The notes: a model not told the origin generated them from the letters alone. A stretch of 63,228 bases of DNA, filler included, from Octopus bimaculoides (GCF_001194135.2; 9 parts of 9 records of this genome joined end to end with filler, not necessarily neighbours in it), one strand, 5' to 3'. Counted from the first letter of the whole stretch, positions 1 to 14,830 are shown. Translations and numbers: made by a program.

Positions 1-43
<43 letters not shown>

Positions 44-2318
44 CATTTGCATAACTATTTACACAGAAACATAGAAACAAACACAAAAGCCAGAAGCAGC
101 CCAGACGATGTGTACAAACATGTTTATACAAAAACTTTCTATGAATACATGTATCTAAATGTATGTATATATAAATGCATATATACATATATATAGTGTG
201 TGTGTGTGTGTGCGTGTGTGTATGTATGCGTGTATGTGTATACACGTGTACACACCCTGTTGTCGCATAGACACGTCGTTTGTGCTTTGTAGAGCCTGGT
301 CAACTATGATCAAAGATGCTCCAGCCATTGTCACCCCTTCTTTTTCCAAACTGTACATTTATGTGTGGCCAAATGTATGAGCACACGTTCTCTAACACAT
401 ACTCAGATATCATACAATCACGAACACACACAGACACACTTATGTATGTATATATGCATGTATACATGTAATATGTATGTAGAATTTTACTGTACAAAAG
501 CAAAACAAAGCAACAAAGTTTATAGAGTCTCTCAGGAATGGTAAATATACAACGATCGGAAACTTGTTGATCTTTACAATATATACATATAAACATATAG
601 ATGCGTGTGTGTGAGTGTGTTTGTGTGTGTGTGTATTTGGTGTGCGCAATATTGGAACGACACTAAATTAAAATAGCTACCTATGTACCATACTTAGCGA
701 ATAAACATACACCACTGAAAGGCACTATGCTGTGGTTTTTGCCTGTGGGAAAATCTCTTTGTATTTGTGCTGTGTTAGTCAGAATGAGACGAACATCGTC
801 CAAGCAGTGACTCACGAGAGCGTCAGACACTTTCGTCCTTCTTGGACCTTGCTAACGATGTGCACTCGCTAGACGTATTCCCAGACGAAATTTGTCCTCT
901 TTGATATAAAGGAAACATAGGACAATATTCTAAATATTATCCGCTGGTCACACCTTGATTTTCCATTAACAATGAAGTCTCTACCTCGTCCTTTGACTTA
1001 CAAGAAATAGCAGCTAAATCTCTCTCAATTCACACCCTGTCTGATAAAGTGAGAGACACATGAGATAAGATGACTCTGGTTGGAATGCTTTTGATCGTGG
1101 GTCTACTCGATTAGGGCTGATTAGGAGTTAAACACCAATAAGAACAACTAAAAACTGTAAAGAACCAACTTCAGTGAGATCCAAAGTAGTTCTCTGTCAT
1201 GGTTACTGTTTAGGATCGAACCTGTTTTGTTTATTCATCAGAAAGCCTCTAAATCTCTAAATCATCGCATTTATCGATTTCAAAATTACAGTTGGGATCA
1301 CTTTGAACCAAACTTTGACTTCTGAATCAGACAGTAACAAACAAATTAAGGAGACGAGATAATTTCCAAAGTAAGGTGTCTCACTCATCATAGGAAAGAC
1401 GTCTGTTGACTTCACACACGCCACGATCCTATACTGAGGTACGATTTAGCAGAAAAGGGTTTTGTCCTTTTTGCGAGAAATATTTCCATATAGAAGAAAT
1501 GGCGACTAATCTTATGGATTGCTGTAAGGCGGCGCCTTGGCAGAATCGTTAACACGCTGGACAAAATGTTCGGTAGTATTTCGTCCATTCTCTACGTTCT
1601 GAGTTCAAACTTCACCAAAGTCGAGTTTGCCTTTCATCCTTTCAGGGTCGATAAAATAAGTACCAGTTGAGTACTGGGGTTGATGTGATCGACTAGCACT
1701 CTTCCCCTGAAAATTTGAAATCAATTTTTGGGTTGATGTAGAATTATCAGTGACTGCAGTCTACGAGCAATGAATGCTAACAGCACACGTTCGCTCACTG
1801 ATGATTCTGGTCGTTGGTATCAGTCGAGAGTGCAGGAAGTGTGTTCATTCTACATTTCATCCATCGAGGGGCCCTTCCCAGGTAGCAAGACTATCGAACT
1901 TCAGTCTAACGGCCACCTGGACAAGTTGTCACATCTACTCAAGGTATAACGATAACCACCTGCGCAGAAACTTGACTGGAAAAACTGGAAATCTCTGAAT
2001 AGGTTGCAACACTAGCTCGATCGAAAATAATGAGTTAGAGTCGAGAGAAAAACGAATGGGGACATATTTGAATAAACTCTGTTGTAAGTTCTTAAATGTC
2101 AAATTCTTACACTCACGTCGACAGACAACTGTGGCATTAGTTGGTCGGACATCTGCGGCTCATAGAAGCGATGAACTCGAAAGAACTAAAGAACTAAAAG
2201 AAGAAAAACAAACACTAGTAATACCGTTAGTAGTAGTTGTATTAAGATTAGAGTTAGTAGAAGAGGAGAAATGGATTTAGCCTCGTGTTTATTAAATTTT
2301 ACATTTAATGTATGTATA

Positions 2319-2383
<65 letters not shown>

Positions 2384-2460
2384 NNNNNNNNNNTTGTATT
2401 TATTTGTTAATCTATCTATCTATCTATCTATCTATTTATCTATCCATCCATCTATCTGTC

Positions 2461-2507
<47 letters not shown>

Positions 2508-4549
2508 CTCTATCTATCTCTGTCTATCTATCTCTGTCTATCTATCTCTGTCTATCTATCTCTGTCTATCTATCTCTGTCTATCTCTGTGTCTCTCTTCT
2601 GTCAGTTTGTCTAATTATATACCTAACCTCCCTTCATTTACATCGGTTCGCTTTCATCCATCCACCCACCCACCCGCCTTCCTTTCTTACACACACCACC
2701 CAAACATATACGAATCGGCTTCCATCAGTTTCTTCGTCCTCTTCTTCCTCTTTCTCCATTTCTTTATGTAAGAAACATAACAAATTCTTTCTGTTATATT
2801 TCAAGCCAAGATGAAAATCAATTAAAAGCATAGATTTCTTTTCGTAATTGATACTGATTCCAAGTAAAAGTGCATCTGCCAGATTTATGGTTTCACTTGT
2901 TGCCATCGACACTGTTTAATTAGAAGCAAATATATACGCACAAAACAGAGTAGTTCCTTGTTGTTGTTGTTGTTCATTTAGAAACGTTGTTTAGTAGAAC
3001 TCATATTAAGGACAGCAACAGTTATCTTTTAGAATATCTTTTCAGAAAAACTGAATTATAATACAATAGATGTATGTAATACAATAACCAAGGGAAAATA
3101 CGCAGGGATGCCTTCTGCATGAAAAGTTATAGACAAATAAGGGCTACCTTGCGAATGTAGTGAGCCAAAAAATTTCAATAGAATTTAATTAGAGCCAGAT
3201 GCATCAAGTGAATTCCTGATGACTGCGTTGTAAGATCGAACACCGGTCAGTTACAGGTAGAATTTGCAGAAGATCTATTACTTATTTCTCGTAGCTACGG
3301 AAAAGCAAGACGTATAAACGTTCTGGTTAATAACTGAATGTCACTTTAGTTGCGAAACACTTCGTACATTGTTACCACTAAACAATATCCGCTTCCTCTG
3401 ATTTTTGTTTTGCCTAAAAACGCAGCAGACATGTTCATATCTAAATAATGATTTATAACAAAGAAACAAGAACAGACTAGACATCTAAACAGACATCTAC
3501 AATTTGTAACAGAGCGAAAAGAGGAGCCAAGAAAGTGCAGTCTTTAACCAAACACAAAATACGCGTAACACTAATAGACAACTATGAGAACTTCGTCACA
3601 ACCCTAAATGTAGGTTAATAAATCTAGTTATGAATGAGCTTGAGAAAGTTAGCAAGCACATTAATAATGTCACTAAATTATGGCAATTGAGTTGAATACT
3701 GGTCTAACATCAGCTTATTGATGGCAGCAATTTAAGCATCAAGCAAGCCAAAGAGACATTGCTTTTTGACAAGAATTTTGCTTGACTCAGAATTCATAAT
3801 GATTCAGTTAATGTCAAAATACTCTGCTTTGATGGAGTTAAGCTGAGATCTGGCTGGGTTATTCATGCTTGATTAATGTAAATCGGGATTTAATACCCTA
3901 GGCTAAAAAGACGATGGGCTAGCTATTTCCAAAAACTTAGATGCGCATTTCTTTTAACAAGAATAGTATTGACAGTGAGTTTGAAGTTTCACCCAGCAAA
4001 GCCATCATCAGACTGTAATTCATTTAAATTTATCTGTACCAACGAATCTTGCCACATTGTTACAGTGAAGAACCAAACCCCAGACTCCTCATGGAAGCAC
4101 AACATCTTTAAAACTTTAAAAGACTTTAAACGAATGGATTTTTTTCTAATGGCTAAATATGAAAACACTCCGCCATATATATATCTTCTTTATTAACTAC
4201 CTCCAAAACTAATATTGCAACTCTACACTAAACAAGCTATGCAGAAATTATCTAAGAGTTCTCAAATTTTCAGAAAATTCCTACAAAATTTCTAAAACAA
4301 GTTCAAACACCTCAAAAAACAAACAAACAAACCAAAAAAAAAGAAAAAAAAAAGAAAACCATCACCCTAAACATAAAAGACAGACAAAATCTTACAAAAG
4401 CCACACATATGCAGGGAGGAATAACCTGGCTGGGAAATTTTTATAATGCTCACCTTTTTGCATATTTTAATAAGTACAAAAAACATGCTACATTTTATAT
4501 AGTATGTACTCATATACACGAAACCGAATATAAGAAATAATTATAAAAA

Positions 4550-5250
4550 ACAGCCTTCAAACTTCAACTCCATTCATACGTACATTAAAACATATAAATT
4601 GCAACCAAATACTTTCCAGAACAATGATTTCTGGAGACAAATATGCTGACCGACATCTTTTAAGCTTGCCTACATACTCTTGTAAACATTAAAACATATG
4701 GTGAACAAATTTTCCATACTAATATCACCGCGACATGCTTAACTAATAACCAACAGCCTCCCAATAGAATCAAATGAAAAACCATGAATACTACCAACCA
4801 ACCGACTAACCAAGCCTTACCATAGACTTCTTGTTTTTTCCTGAACCCTAAAATATCTATCGTTTAAAATGTGATACATCAAATAACATACCTGGACCGA
4901 ACCCTGATATTTAACTTTCACATTCTCAAAGTAAAAGGTAAATATCCCATTAATGTCTAGATAAAACCAACAACAACCAAACTGACAGATCTGCTGTCCA
5001 ACAATCCAGCAACGTTCTCTTGTGAAACCCTATGACCTGAAGATGACACACCTAAATATACACACCTAATTACAAAACTCTACATGCATGAATAAATTCT
5101 AACAATTAGCACTTCTCCAAATTTAATCAATGAAAAATTCTCCATGTCACCTTGCCACCACAACCTACCAAACCGCATAATTACCAGCAAATGGAACTCA
5201 GGTTACTCAAGAATATTTTTAATTTAACAGAGGTGATATAAAGTCAAGAT
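4550..5250 (+). mobile_element. Possible very old LINE RT relic
   Basis: A/C-skewed tract containing KYADR-like and TYLDRTLIFNFHI (cf. KYLG..LD..LTF..HI) peptides. Confidence 0.35.
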
Positions 5251-5405
5251 GAACTTAAATGAATTACACTGCAATGCTGGTTTAGCAGGCCTAAACTTTG
5301 AAGTCACTGTCATTACAATTCCAGTTAAATAATATACATATGTGTATATATTACATACACACGTACACAGAAACACGCTCATATATATGTATATGCACTT
5401 ACACG

Positions 5406-5456
<51 letters not shown>

Positions 5457-6433
5457 NNNNNNNNNNAATCAACAAATACCAGTAACACTAGTAAGATTAA
5501 GAAGCAAAGAAGAAATATACAAAATAAATTATATAGTTGCACAAACAGAAATACGCGACTGAAAAAAGAAGTAGAATTATAAAGTGACAAAATAATAATC
5601 AAAGACGTGTGCAATAAAAATACATACAAATAACACAGAGAGACATACATAAGCATAGACGTACGTTCACATAATATTTTAAAAACGAGAGAAGACATGA
5701 AAAGAGACTGGAAAGAAAGAAACGCACACGAAACGAAAATTCGCCAGATTCAAATTTTAAAGCTGAAAATAAATGCAGAAGAAAGTAAAGAAAAAATGTG
5801 AAGATCAAACTAGAAATAAAAACGAAAAGCGTTATATCGATCAGCAAAGTGGTAGTGATATAGCTAGATAAATATGCACATCGTTGTCTTTCCATGAAAC
5901 GATGCGTCCATGAGTACCTACGCATACTCTTTTACTCTTTTATTTGTTTCAGTCATTTGACTGCGGCCATGCTGGAGCACCGCCTTTAGTTCAGCAAATC
6001 GACCCCAGGACTTATTCTGTGTAAGCCTGGTATTTATTCTATCGGTTCTTTTGCCGAATTGCTAAGTTATGGGGACGTAAACACACCAGCATCGGTTGTC
6101 AAGCGATGTTGGGGGAACAAGCACAGACGCAAAAACATACATACACATACATATATATNNNNNNNNNNNNNNNNNNNNNNNNNNNNNNNNNNNNNNNNNN
6201 NNNNNNNNNNNNNNNNNNNNNNNNNNNNNNNNNNNNNNNNNNNNNNNNNNNNNNNNNNNNNNNNNNNNNNNNNNNNNNNNNNNNNNNNNNNNNNNNNNNN
6301 NNNNNNNNNNNNNNNNNNNNNNNNNNNNNNNNNNNNNNNNNNNNNNNNNNNNNNNNNNNNNNNNNNNNNNNNNNNNNNNNNNNNNNNNNNNNNNNNNNNN
6401 NNNNNNNNNNNNNNNNNNNNNNNNNNNNNNNNN

Positions 6434-6497
<64 letters not shown>

Positions 6498-6999
6498 AGA
6501 GAGAGAGAGGGGAAGGCAGAGGGAGAAAGAGGGGCTGAGCTACATTATATTTGTCTTAGTTTTTCTAAGATATTTATTCAATATTTGAACATATCACCGA
6601 CAAATGCACATTATATAATTTTGTCTAGCCGTTTCAGCTAAATCTGGTTTGTGCTTGATTTAAATAGGGACTATTATCAAATTATCTTTGTGGGTTGATG
6701 AATGAAAAATATTTATTCTCTAAAGAGTGGCTAAATAAACCTGAAGCATATCAGGATATCATTTTATCTGTATGAGCAGAGCAAGACGCTTAAGTCTGGT
6801 TCCATTTAAAACGAGAGAACAAGGAACCATGTTGGTCCTACGGAGGGCATTTTTCCTCAATCGTCTATTTTAGTGTTTTCCACTATGACCACCAATGATT
6901 GCGGAATTCATAGCCACATAACATTAAATCAAGCTCGATTCTCTGCGGTGGATTAGTTATTAGAAAATCTCGAAACTAAGTCTCTGTTCTCTGTAGTGA

Positions 7000-8100
7000 G
7001 GAAGGAAAATGTGTGCAGCGACATCTTTGCTGCCATCCGTATTTTTTCATTTTGACAAGTTTGGTTTCTGTTTCTTATAAAGTCACGCAACTACTTTACT
7101 TTTTGCCTAACTACATCGACTTCACGTTTGTAGCATTACATTCTGTTATCAGTTTTATAAAATGCCTGGGTAAAGTTGGGATAACATCCACCGACCTGAC
7201 AACGTTTTTGTCTTTTACTCTCAAACAATGCTCCACAGTTTTAGCCCTAATTCTCACTAAACACCTCAACCTTTCCTTCACTACTAATTTATCTCTTTCT
7301 CCCTTTCTTTCACTCTTTCTCTCACCCTCTCTTGTGTTCTAACTCGATCTTTGGACATACATTGCAATGTATTCACTTCTCATAGAGGACGACACCTCTG
7401 GCCTTGTCAACTGTCTTATTATTGCACACATTTTTAATGTCTCAAAAGTGAAATGACCATTAAGAAAAATATCCTTCATTAAATCTCTCTATCTCTTTCT
7501 CTTCTTAATGGTCACATCTACGATATTTCTAAGGCAAAACCTATTATCGAGTAACTCTCCTATGTTAATCACCAGAGGCTCAAACTTCGAGAAATTTGAT
7601 ACCTTTAACATTGAGAAGGCTTTCGACTGGGTTTAGCATGTGAATACCCTGCCGAAAGTATTCGCCTCTGCGCTCCACCAGCTTTCCATATCTTCGATCG
7701 GTAGCTTGCTGTTACATCCAGGACATGCGCTGTGCTGACTGATCCAGATGCGGATGTTCTTTATTGTTCGGTTTGTACGCTACATTCATTCTCGTAAACA
7801 TTAATAACCTACTTGCTGTTATCTCCTATAAAGAAGACACCTCTCTTCGTCCCTCCCAAATTTTTCGTACGTAAGCTTCCTCCACATATAACCCAGAAAC
7901 CTCACATCATTTCTCCAGTGACTCCAGGAAGAGAGACCTCGTAAACAGCCTCCAGTGATTTATGACAATCTTGTTTCTTTCGGCATCAAATAAAACAGGT
8001 GCATGATCAACACATCTGACGGCACAAATATCTTCAGGCAGGGACTTCTGAGTCAATTTAATGGACTCCGCTACTTCTTAACCCACAACCTTATTACAAT
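7000..8100 (+). mobile_element. Highly decayed APE-RT LINE relic (Jockey/CR1/L2-like)
   Basis: FNIEKAFDWV*H at 7604-7639 (cf. LDxxKAFDxVxH) and INNLLAVISYKEDTSL at 7800-7847 (cf. INDL...YADDT). Confidence 0.6.
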
Positions 8101-8754
8101 GTTGCCTTGTGTCAATGTAAGAAATTAATATTCCTATTTAATTTATCTGAGATTGATTGATGAAAAACGAAATCTATCTCGGCAAAATTTCAAATCACAG
8201 GGGAAGTCTAGAAACAAATTGTGATGTTTCTGTTTTCCCCATTTGTCGTAAATTATATCGCGTGTGTTTTCCTTCCATTTTATTCGTAGTTTTCAGCCAA
8301 AACGAAGTAAATATATTTTTTAATAAGTTCGCCGTGGATCAGAAAAGCTATTAATATCTCTACGATCAATAGCAGGACATTTTGTGAGTTCTCAAGAGAC
8401 ATTAACAACCAAAGTAAAATAAAACAACCACAAGAACTGTCAATGAATTTCTCCGTGTTTTAGAAAGTCTTTTATGGGGAATCAAGAAAGCTTTAATAGC
8501 GTTGTGGTATATTGCTTTGGTTTATAGACTTGGAGATGAAGACAAATGCTTTAGTAATTAATACAAGGCCTACGCAATATTTATTTAGACTTCTATAGCT
8601 GAAGGTGTGGCTTTATGACAAGAAGTTTGCTTTCTGACCGCATAATTCCGAGTTCCTTGGGCAAATATCTTCTGTCTCGGGTTGACCAAAATTTTGTGAG
8701 TGGATTTGGTGAACGGAAACCGAAACAAGCCAGACACACACGCACACACACACA

Positions 8755-8808
<54 letters not shown>

Positions 8809-9215
8809 CACACATGTATATATAGGTATATGTAATATGTATATATGTGCCTGCGTGTGTTTGTGTGTGTGAGTGTGTGCGTCTTTGTGTCTGCATTTTC
8901 CCCCCTCCCGCCCTGTTTGATAAAGTTCTTAAAGTTCTTAGTCGTCGGTAGCCGTGTACACCGCTAGTTCACCTTCTTTTGGAATTTTCGGAACATCACA
9001 ACGAGTGATCCAAAGTCATTCAGCTAAATTCAACACTGTACGAAGTTACTCAAACCTTAGAGAAGAGAATATTTCACAGTTCAATACATACATACATACA
9101 TAGTACCTGGATTTATCTGGGATTATACCTAAGGACCAATACCTTCACGGAAATACAGACCAATCTCCATACCCTCTGGAAAAAGATGAACTGTGAACTT
9201 TATCCTCATGTCTGT

Positions 9216-9319
9216 ATTCTTCTCTCTACTATTTTACTCTTTATTCTTCTCTCTACTATTTTACTCTTTATTCTTCTCTCTACTATTTTACTCTTTATTC
9301 TTCTCTCTATTATTTTACT
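9216..9319 (+). repeat. 27-bp minisatellite, ~3.8 units, running into a gap
   Basis: Unit ATTCTTCTCTCTACTATTTTACTCTTT. Confidence 0.9.
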
Positions 9320-9419
9320 NNNNNNNNNNNNNNNNNNNNNNNNNNNNNNNNNNNNNNNNNNNNTTAATTAATTAANNNNNNNNNNNNNNNNNNNNNNNNN
9401 NNNNNNNNNNNNNNNNNNN
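9320..9419. other. Assembly spacer N44-TTAATTAATTAA-N44
   Basis: The same 12-mer sits inside N runs at 9364, 17542, 23974, 30233, 50881, 54486, 58578 and 62166. It carries stop codons in all six frames. Confidence 0.95.
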
Positions 9420-9792
9420 CAGATGACAACGTTTCTCGAAAAGAAATGGAAAAACTTTCAAAATACAAAGACCTGGAAATAGAGATAACTCGAATGTGGA
9501 GTCTAAAAACAGAAACAATTCCTATCATAGTAGGTGCCTTAGGTATAATAAAAAAATACTCAGACAAATACATAACAAAAATACCAGGACTTACAAATAT
9601 ATGTAACATACAGAAAATTGCACTACTGGGTACTGCACACATTCTACGCAAAACACTTTCAATACAGTAAACATAAAAGCACCACAGCAAACCACAGCAC
9701 ATACCCAAGGCGCACAGAGCTGCGCTCGGTAGTGAAGTGAAAGCACGTTATAAAAATAAAACTACTGAACAATAATAATAATGATAATAATA
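9420..9792 (+). mobile_element. REL-type LINE 3' end (family A) with (AAT)n tail
   Basis: EKLSKYKDLEIEITRMWSLKTETIPIIVGALG...QKIALLGTAHILRK, then a 3' UTR ending aaaataaaactactgaac(aat)n. Confidence 0.85.
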
Positions 9793-9794
9793 AA

Positions 9795-10262
9795 TTGTTT
9801 TGTCTTGGCTACAGCAAATATTCTGCCCAATACCACAGATTTGCTTGTCAGTTGCTTGACCTTAAGCAGCTGAGCATGTCCGTTAGTGGATGACAATATG
9901 TGCATCTCTGATCACGAGCAGAAGTAGCGGGGGAGCATCATAGCCATGTCTTGAGATGAATTCTTTGGAGTTTGGATAATTCACCTCTGAAAACATGAGC
10001 GTTTCATTCAACATCTTTAAACAACCCTTATTCAGGGACCTTTTGAGCGGGATGGGCTGCTCAACCCGAAGAAAATTCTAATTGGCCACACTTGTAAGGT
10101 CATGCGCTGTTTATCTTGATATGAGATCATCATGTTTAACGCATAGGGTTGTGATGCATGTGCCTGGTGTAGCCTTATCAGATGGTTAGTGATGATGGGT
10201 ATACTGACCTTCGTATATTTTACCCTTGTGTCATTTTGATGGCATGCACTGCCCTCTCACTC

Positions 10263-10263
<1 letters not shown>
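9795..10263. mobile_element. ~550-bp non-coding interspersed repeat D in (AAT)n, copy 1
   Basis: Homologous to 34622-35168, 36556-37081, 47475-47882 and 48137-48675. Ends ctctcactc(aat)n. Confidence 0.85.
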
Positions 10264-10324
<61 letters not shown>

Positions 10325-11822
10325 TTTCAAATTTTGGCACTAGGCCAGCTATTTTGAGAGAAGGGGCAAGTCGATTACATCGACCCTAGTGCTCAATTGA
10401 TACTTACTTTATCGATTCCGTAAGGACGAAAGGCAAAGTCAATCTCGGTGGAATTTGAATTCAGAACGTAAAGACAGACGAAATGCCGCTAAGCATTTCG
10501 CTCGGCGTGCAAACGATTCTGCCGGCTCGCCGCCTTATCACACCACTATAATCATTAATTAGTTGATTACTGATTGTCATCATACTAATAGTACAATCAA
10601 TGACATGTGTGGATCTCTGTAAAACCAGCGGTCAAATGACTGTCTACAATACAATACAAAGTGTAAATTCTCTTGAAGTTAGCAGTCAACTGACTTTCCT
10701 CTTTGTTGTTTGTCATCATATCAGTTGACTGTTCTCCAAAATATACAGTCAACTCCATGTTTTCCTAGCATTAGCTGTTAGCTAACTATCGCCACACCAT
10801 AACTAGCAGTTATTTCACTGTCCTCTCAAAAGCAAAATTCAGTCAGCTGTGTGGCTTCCCATCAGTAGTAGCAATCAGCACGTTGTCTTTATCTCAAAGC
10901 TAGTAGTCAGTCTTTGATGCCCACCTCTTCACTAACACTTTATAAACAGTTACAATTTGTCATGGCTACCCAGTGTTTTGCCCAATTAGTTGTTTGCTTT
11001 AGGGTCACTGTCGATTAGTTGACCGACCCCCTGAATTAACAAGATCAGTCACAGAAAACGAAATACGAAAGCAAGGCGAATTCAAATCACGATAGCAAAT
11101 ACTTCGATCCAAATAATATCGATCGGTTTCTTTCAATCAAGGCTTTGTTTCCTTTTCCTTTTATTAATGAACATCAATAACTGCAGTTTGGCCAAAATAT
11201 CAATTAATGACACGTTAATCAAATATTAATGAATGATATTCAAATCATGAAGGGAAAAAAAATGAAATAAAGATCAACAAATATTCAGTAGAATGGATAA
11301 ATATTTAAATTATGTCGCTGCAAACAGGGTTGGTAAGTGTGATTTTCGTCAAAATAGCTAACTAATTATCATTTAGAAGTCACTAAGAATAATGAAGACA
11401 ATCGGGTGTTTATTATATGAAAGAAAGAAAGGAAAAGGACACACTGTTAACGTAGTGTGATTTGCATAAATTTTGTGCCCACAAGTGATGAAAATGCAAA
11501 CTATTGGCTGTTCGTGTTATGGAAATTGTTAAACGTAGTTTAGTGTCACTAAACCTTGTTATGACTCATAGCGAATGTCGTCTGCTCAACAATGGACGAA
11601 TGTTAGAGTGAAACTTGCTGTTTCGATTAGAATAATTTCTTTTCCTGTTTTCCCTACTCAGATGAAAATATTAAACTCAAATATAAATAAAGAATAAAAG
11701 CTCAATATATATATATATATNNNNNNNNNNNNNNNNNNNNNNNNNNNNNNNNNNNNNNNNNNNNNNNNNNNNNNNNNNNNNNNNNNNNNNNNNNNNNNNN
11801 NNNNNNNNNNNNNNNNNNTGTG

Positions 11823-11854
<32 letters not shown>

Positions 11855-12530
11855 TTATGTATGTATGTATGTATGTATGTATGTATAAGCAGAAAAAAAA
11901 TGATAAATAAAGAAAGCAAGAAAGAAAAGTAATAAGATGGAAGGGAGAAAGAGACGTTCAAAAAAAAAAATAAAGGTAAAAATGAAGCGAAATCAGGAAA
12001 TTAAAGAAAATAAATGTAGATGTATAGAGTGATAGATAAAGATACGAGAAGAGAGAACAGTGAAAAGGATGAGAAATAAATGGGAAAGAGGGAAAATGAA
12101 GAAAAAAAATGAAAGAAGGAAAGAAAAAGAATGGAATATTCTATGTGTGGTGTATGTTTAACAAGCTTTTTGAATAAAAATCAGCTTGGTGACGGCAGTG
12201 TCCAAATAGCAAACACTATTGTTCTATTAGCTCCCTTGATTTTCACTCGTTGGCCAAGTGCACAGTGCATAATGAAGGAAGACGAGAAGCGTAATGTACA
12301 CAAATGCTGCTAGATGGAGTCGTTGTGGGCATTGCCTTTAAGATGGAGACCAGATGCTGGCGCACACACGACCGCTTCTTAGCCAGAAAACATTTCTTTC
12401 ACTAACAACTCCTTAATCTGTAAAGTTATCGACCGCTCCAAGTTAGGAGTCAGACTGTTCTGAAACTTCCATTCAATTCAGATGATGTAAGGAAGAATAA
12501 GAAAGAAGCCAAAAAGAAGACTACAGCACA

Positions 12531-12629
<99 letters not shown>

Positions 12630-13556
12630 TAAATAAAGAAAAAACAATACTGAAACAGTGGTATTATCATGTGAACAATTTCTCAGAATTCAAGTAGTCA
12701 GCGGTATAAGCACAAAGACAAACTGTACATACATACCGATACGACTAAAGCGTTTGTTAATTTATTCACCGAAAATTTATTTCTCTTTTTCTTCTTCCCT
12801 TCCTGTCTTTTCGTCTCGATTATTGTCACTCTTTCCTTCTTGCTCTCCTTTCTTCCACCCCCCCATACCTTTCTCACTTTTTCTTTCTCTCTTCTTTCCC
12901 TTCTCTCTCTCTCTTTCTCTCTCCTTTTCTTTTCGTCTAACAAAATACAACAAAACAGCAAAGGTACACAAAACGTGCAGCAGAAAAGACGCTGATGCTG
13001 TTTTTGGAGACATTTTTCTCTCAATTCTCCAACATGTCTCTGGAACCTCTGTTTATTTCTCGTTATATAGCAACTTGGGAAATCGATATTCCAAAACAAC
13101 ACAAGACAAAAACAGAGACCAATAAAAATAAAATATAATTAAAAAAACAATAAAGAAAGAAAGAAAAAAAACAAAACAACTCCAGAAAGTAACCAGAAAT
13201 GAAAAGAAGCGATAAAGTAAAATTGAAGGAAAATTACAATTACAACAAAAACCACCACCACCACCACCGTCGACGCCGCCATCGCCGTCACCATCAACAA
13301 CAGCAACAACAAGGGCAACAAAAACCCACCAACAACTTCAGTTCAATTCCCAACAACTTGTTTGTAAAGTTCTCTAATGGCATTAAATTCATTGTTTGCT
13401 CCAAGTATCTCGATCCATATATGGTAACGATTGTTAGTGGTCGGCTGATAAGAATGAACGATCGATTGAACAACGATGACAAATCAATATCGGATATTAT
13501 ACAACACGCACGCACGCACATACACACAAACGCAAACACGGACACGCACATACACA

Positions 13557-13590
<34 letters not shown>

Positions 13591-13769
13591 NNNNNNNNNN
13601 NNNNNNNNNNNNNNNNNNNNNNNNNNNNNNNNNNNNNNNNNNNNNNNNNNNNNNNNNNNNNNNNNNNNNNNNNNNNNNNNNNNNNNNNNNNNNNNNNNNN
13701 NNNNNNNNNNNNNNNNNNNNNNNNNNNNNNNNNNNNNNNNCTTTCATGATTCTTTCATAAATGGTTTTT

Positions 13770-14092
13770 CTCTTACAAATAATAATAATAATAATAATAA
13801 TGATAATGCCGATAATCATGTTGTTGTTGTTGTTGTGGTGGTGGTGGTGGTGGTGGTGGAACTGATGGTGATGATTTTGATGAAGATGATGCTGATGACG
13901 ACGACGACGACAATGATGATGATGGTGATGATGGCAGTAAGGATAATGTTGGTGATGATGTTGGTGATGATGTTGGTGATGATGTTGGTGATGATGTTGG
14001 TGATGATGGTGATGATGGTTATAATCTTCATCGTGGGGATGATGATAGAAGGCGGTGGGTGGAGGTGGGGTGATGACGACGACGACGACAAC

Positions 14093-14129
<37 letters not shown>

Positions 14130-14706
14130 GTGATGATGAAGATCAATTTCACGAGTATGTAGTTATTGCTTATCCTCCTCGTCGTCGGCTTCCTCCTCCT
14201 CCTCCTCTTCACCATCATCAGTCTCACTATGATCCTCAAGATCATTATCATAATCCACCAGTGTACGAGATCTTCCTAGACATAATCTCTTGGTATATGT
14301 TAAACGAGGGGTAGGGTGGGTAGGTGGGGGGAAAACAAAGACAAATGGTGGTGGTCGTGGAGGGAGTGAGGCCACGAAATGTGACAATTTCCTGTGATTT
14401 CCTTCTTACAACTCATACAATTGTTAAGGTTCTTTATTTTGAGTTTTTGCTCTTTTGGTGGAGGTGGTCTACTTCTTGTTCTTATTCTTCCTTATCTTCT
14501 TCATTTTCTCCATTTTGTTGTTGTTATTGTTCTTAGTGTTCTTATTGTTGTTTTTGCTGTTGTTGTTGTTGTTGTTGTTGTTCTTCTTCTTCTTCTTCTT
14601 CTTCTTCTTCTTCTGTTTTTTTTAAAACTCTTATAAGTGGATAAGAAATATAATTTCTGTAAGCCCTATGACTTCTGGGAAAACGGCAAATTTTTGTAAA
14701 GGCAAT

Positions 14707-14762
<56 letters not shown>

Positions 14763-14830
14763 TTATAATTATTATTATTGTAATTATTATTATTATTATT
14801 ATTCGTGGAATGGTAAAGGAAATGTATANN
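13770..14830. repeat. Cluster of mixed trinucleotide microsatellites (AAT, GTT, GGT, GAT, CTT, TAC)
   Basis: Directly visible. It explains the homopolymeric ORFs in the track. Similar clusters lie at 25940-26030, 29845-29975, 35270-35415, 36350-36545 and 61190-61310. Confidence 0.95.

Noticed and set aside
1782-1850. CUGAUGA followed by a hairpin and GAGA
   Set aside because: The GAAA box is mutated and stems I and III cannot be formed.
14163-14275. Minus-strand acidic peptide GRSRTLVDYDNDLEDHSETDDGEEEEEEEADDEEDKQ* resembling a terminal exon
   Set aside because: Lies in GAT/GAG microsatellite-rich sequence, neighbouring frames are also open, and no partner exons were found.
13199-14314. 371-aa ORF with poly-H/Q/N/V/M/D tracts
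   Set aside because: Concatenated trinucleotide microsatellites spanning a gap, with no domain and no splice structure. The same applies to the other long X-containing ORFs.
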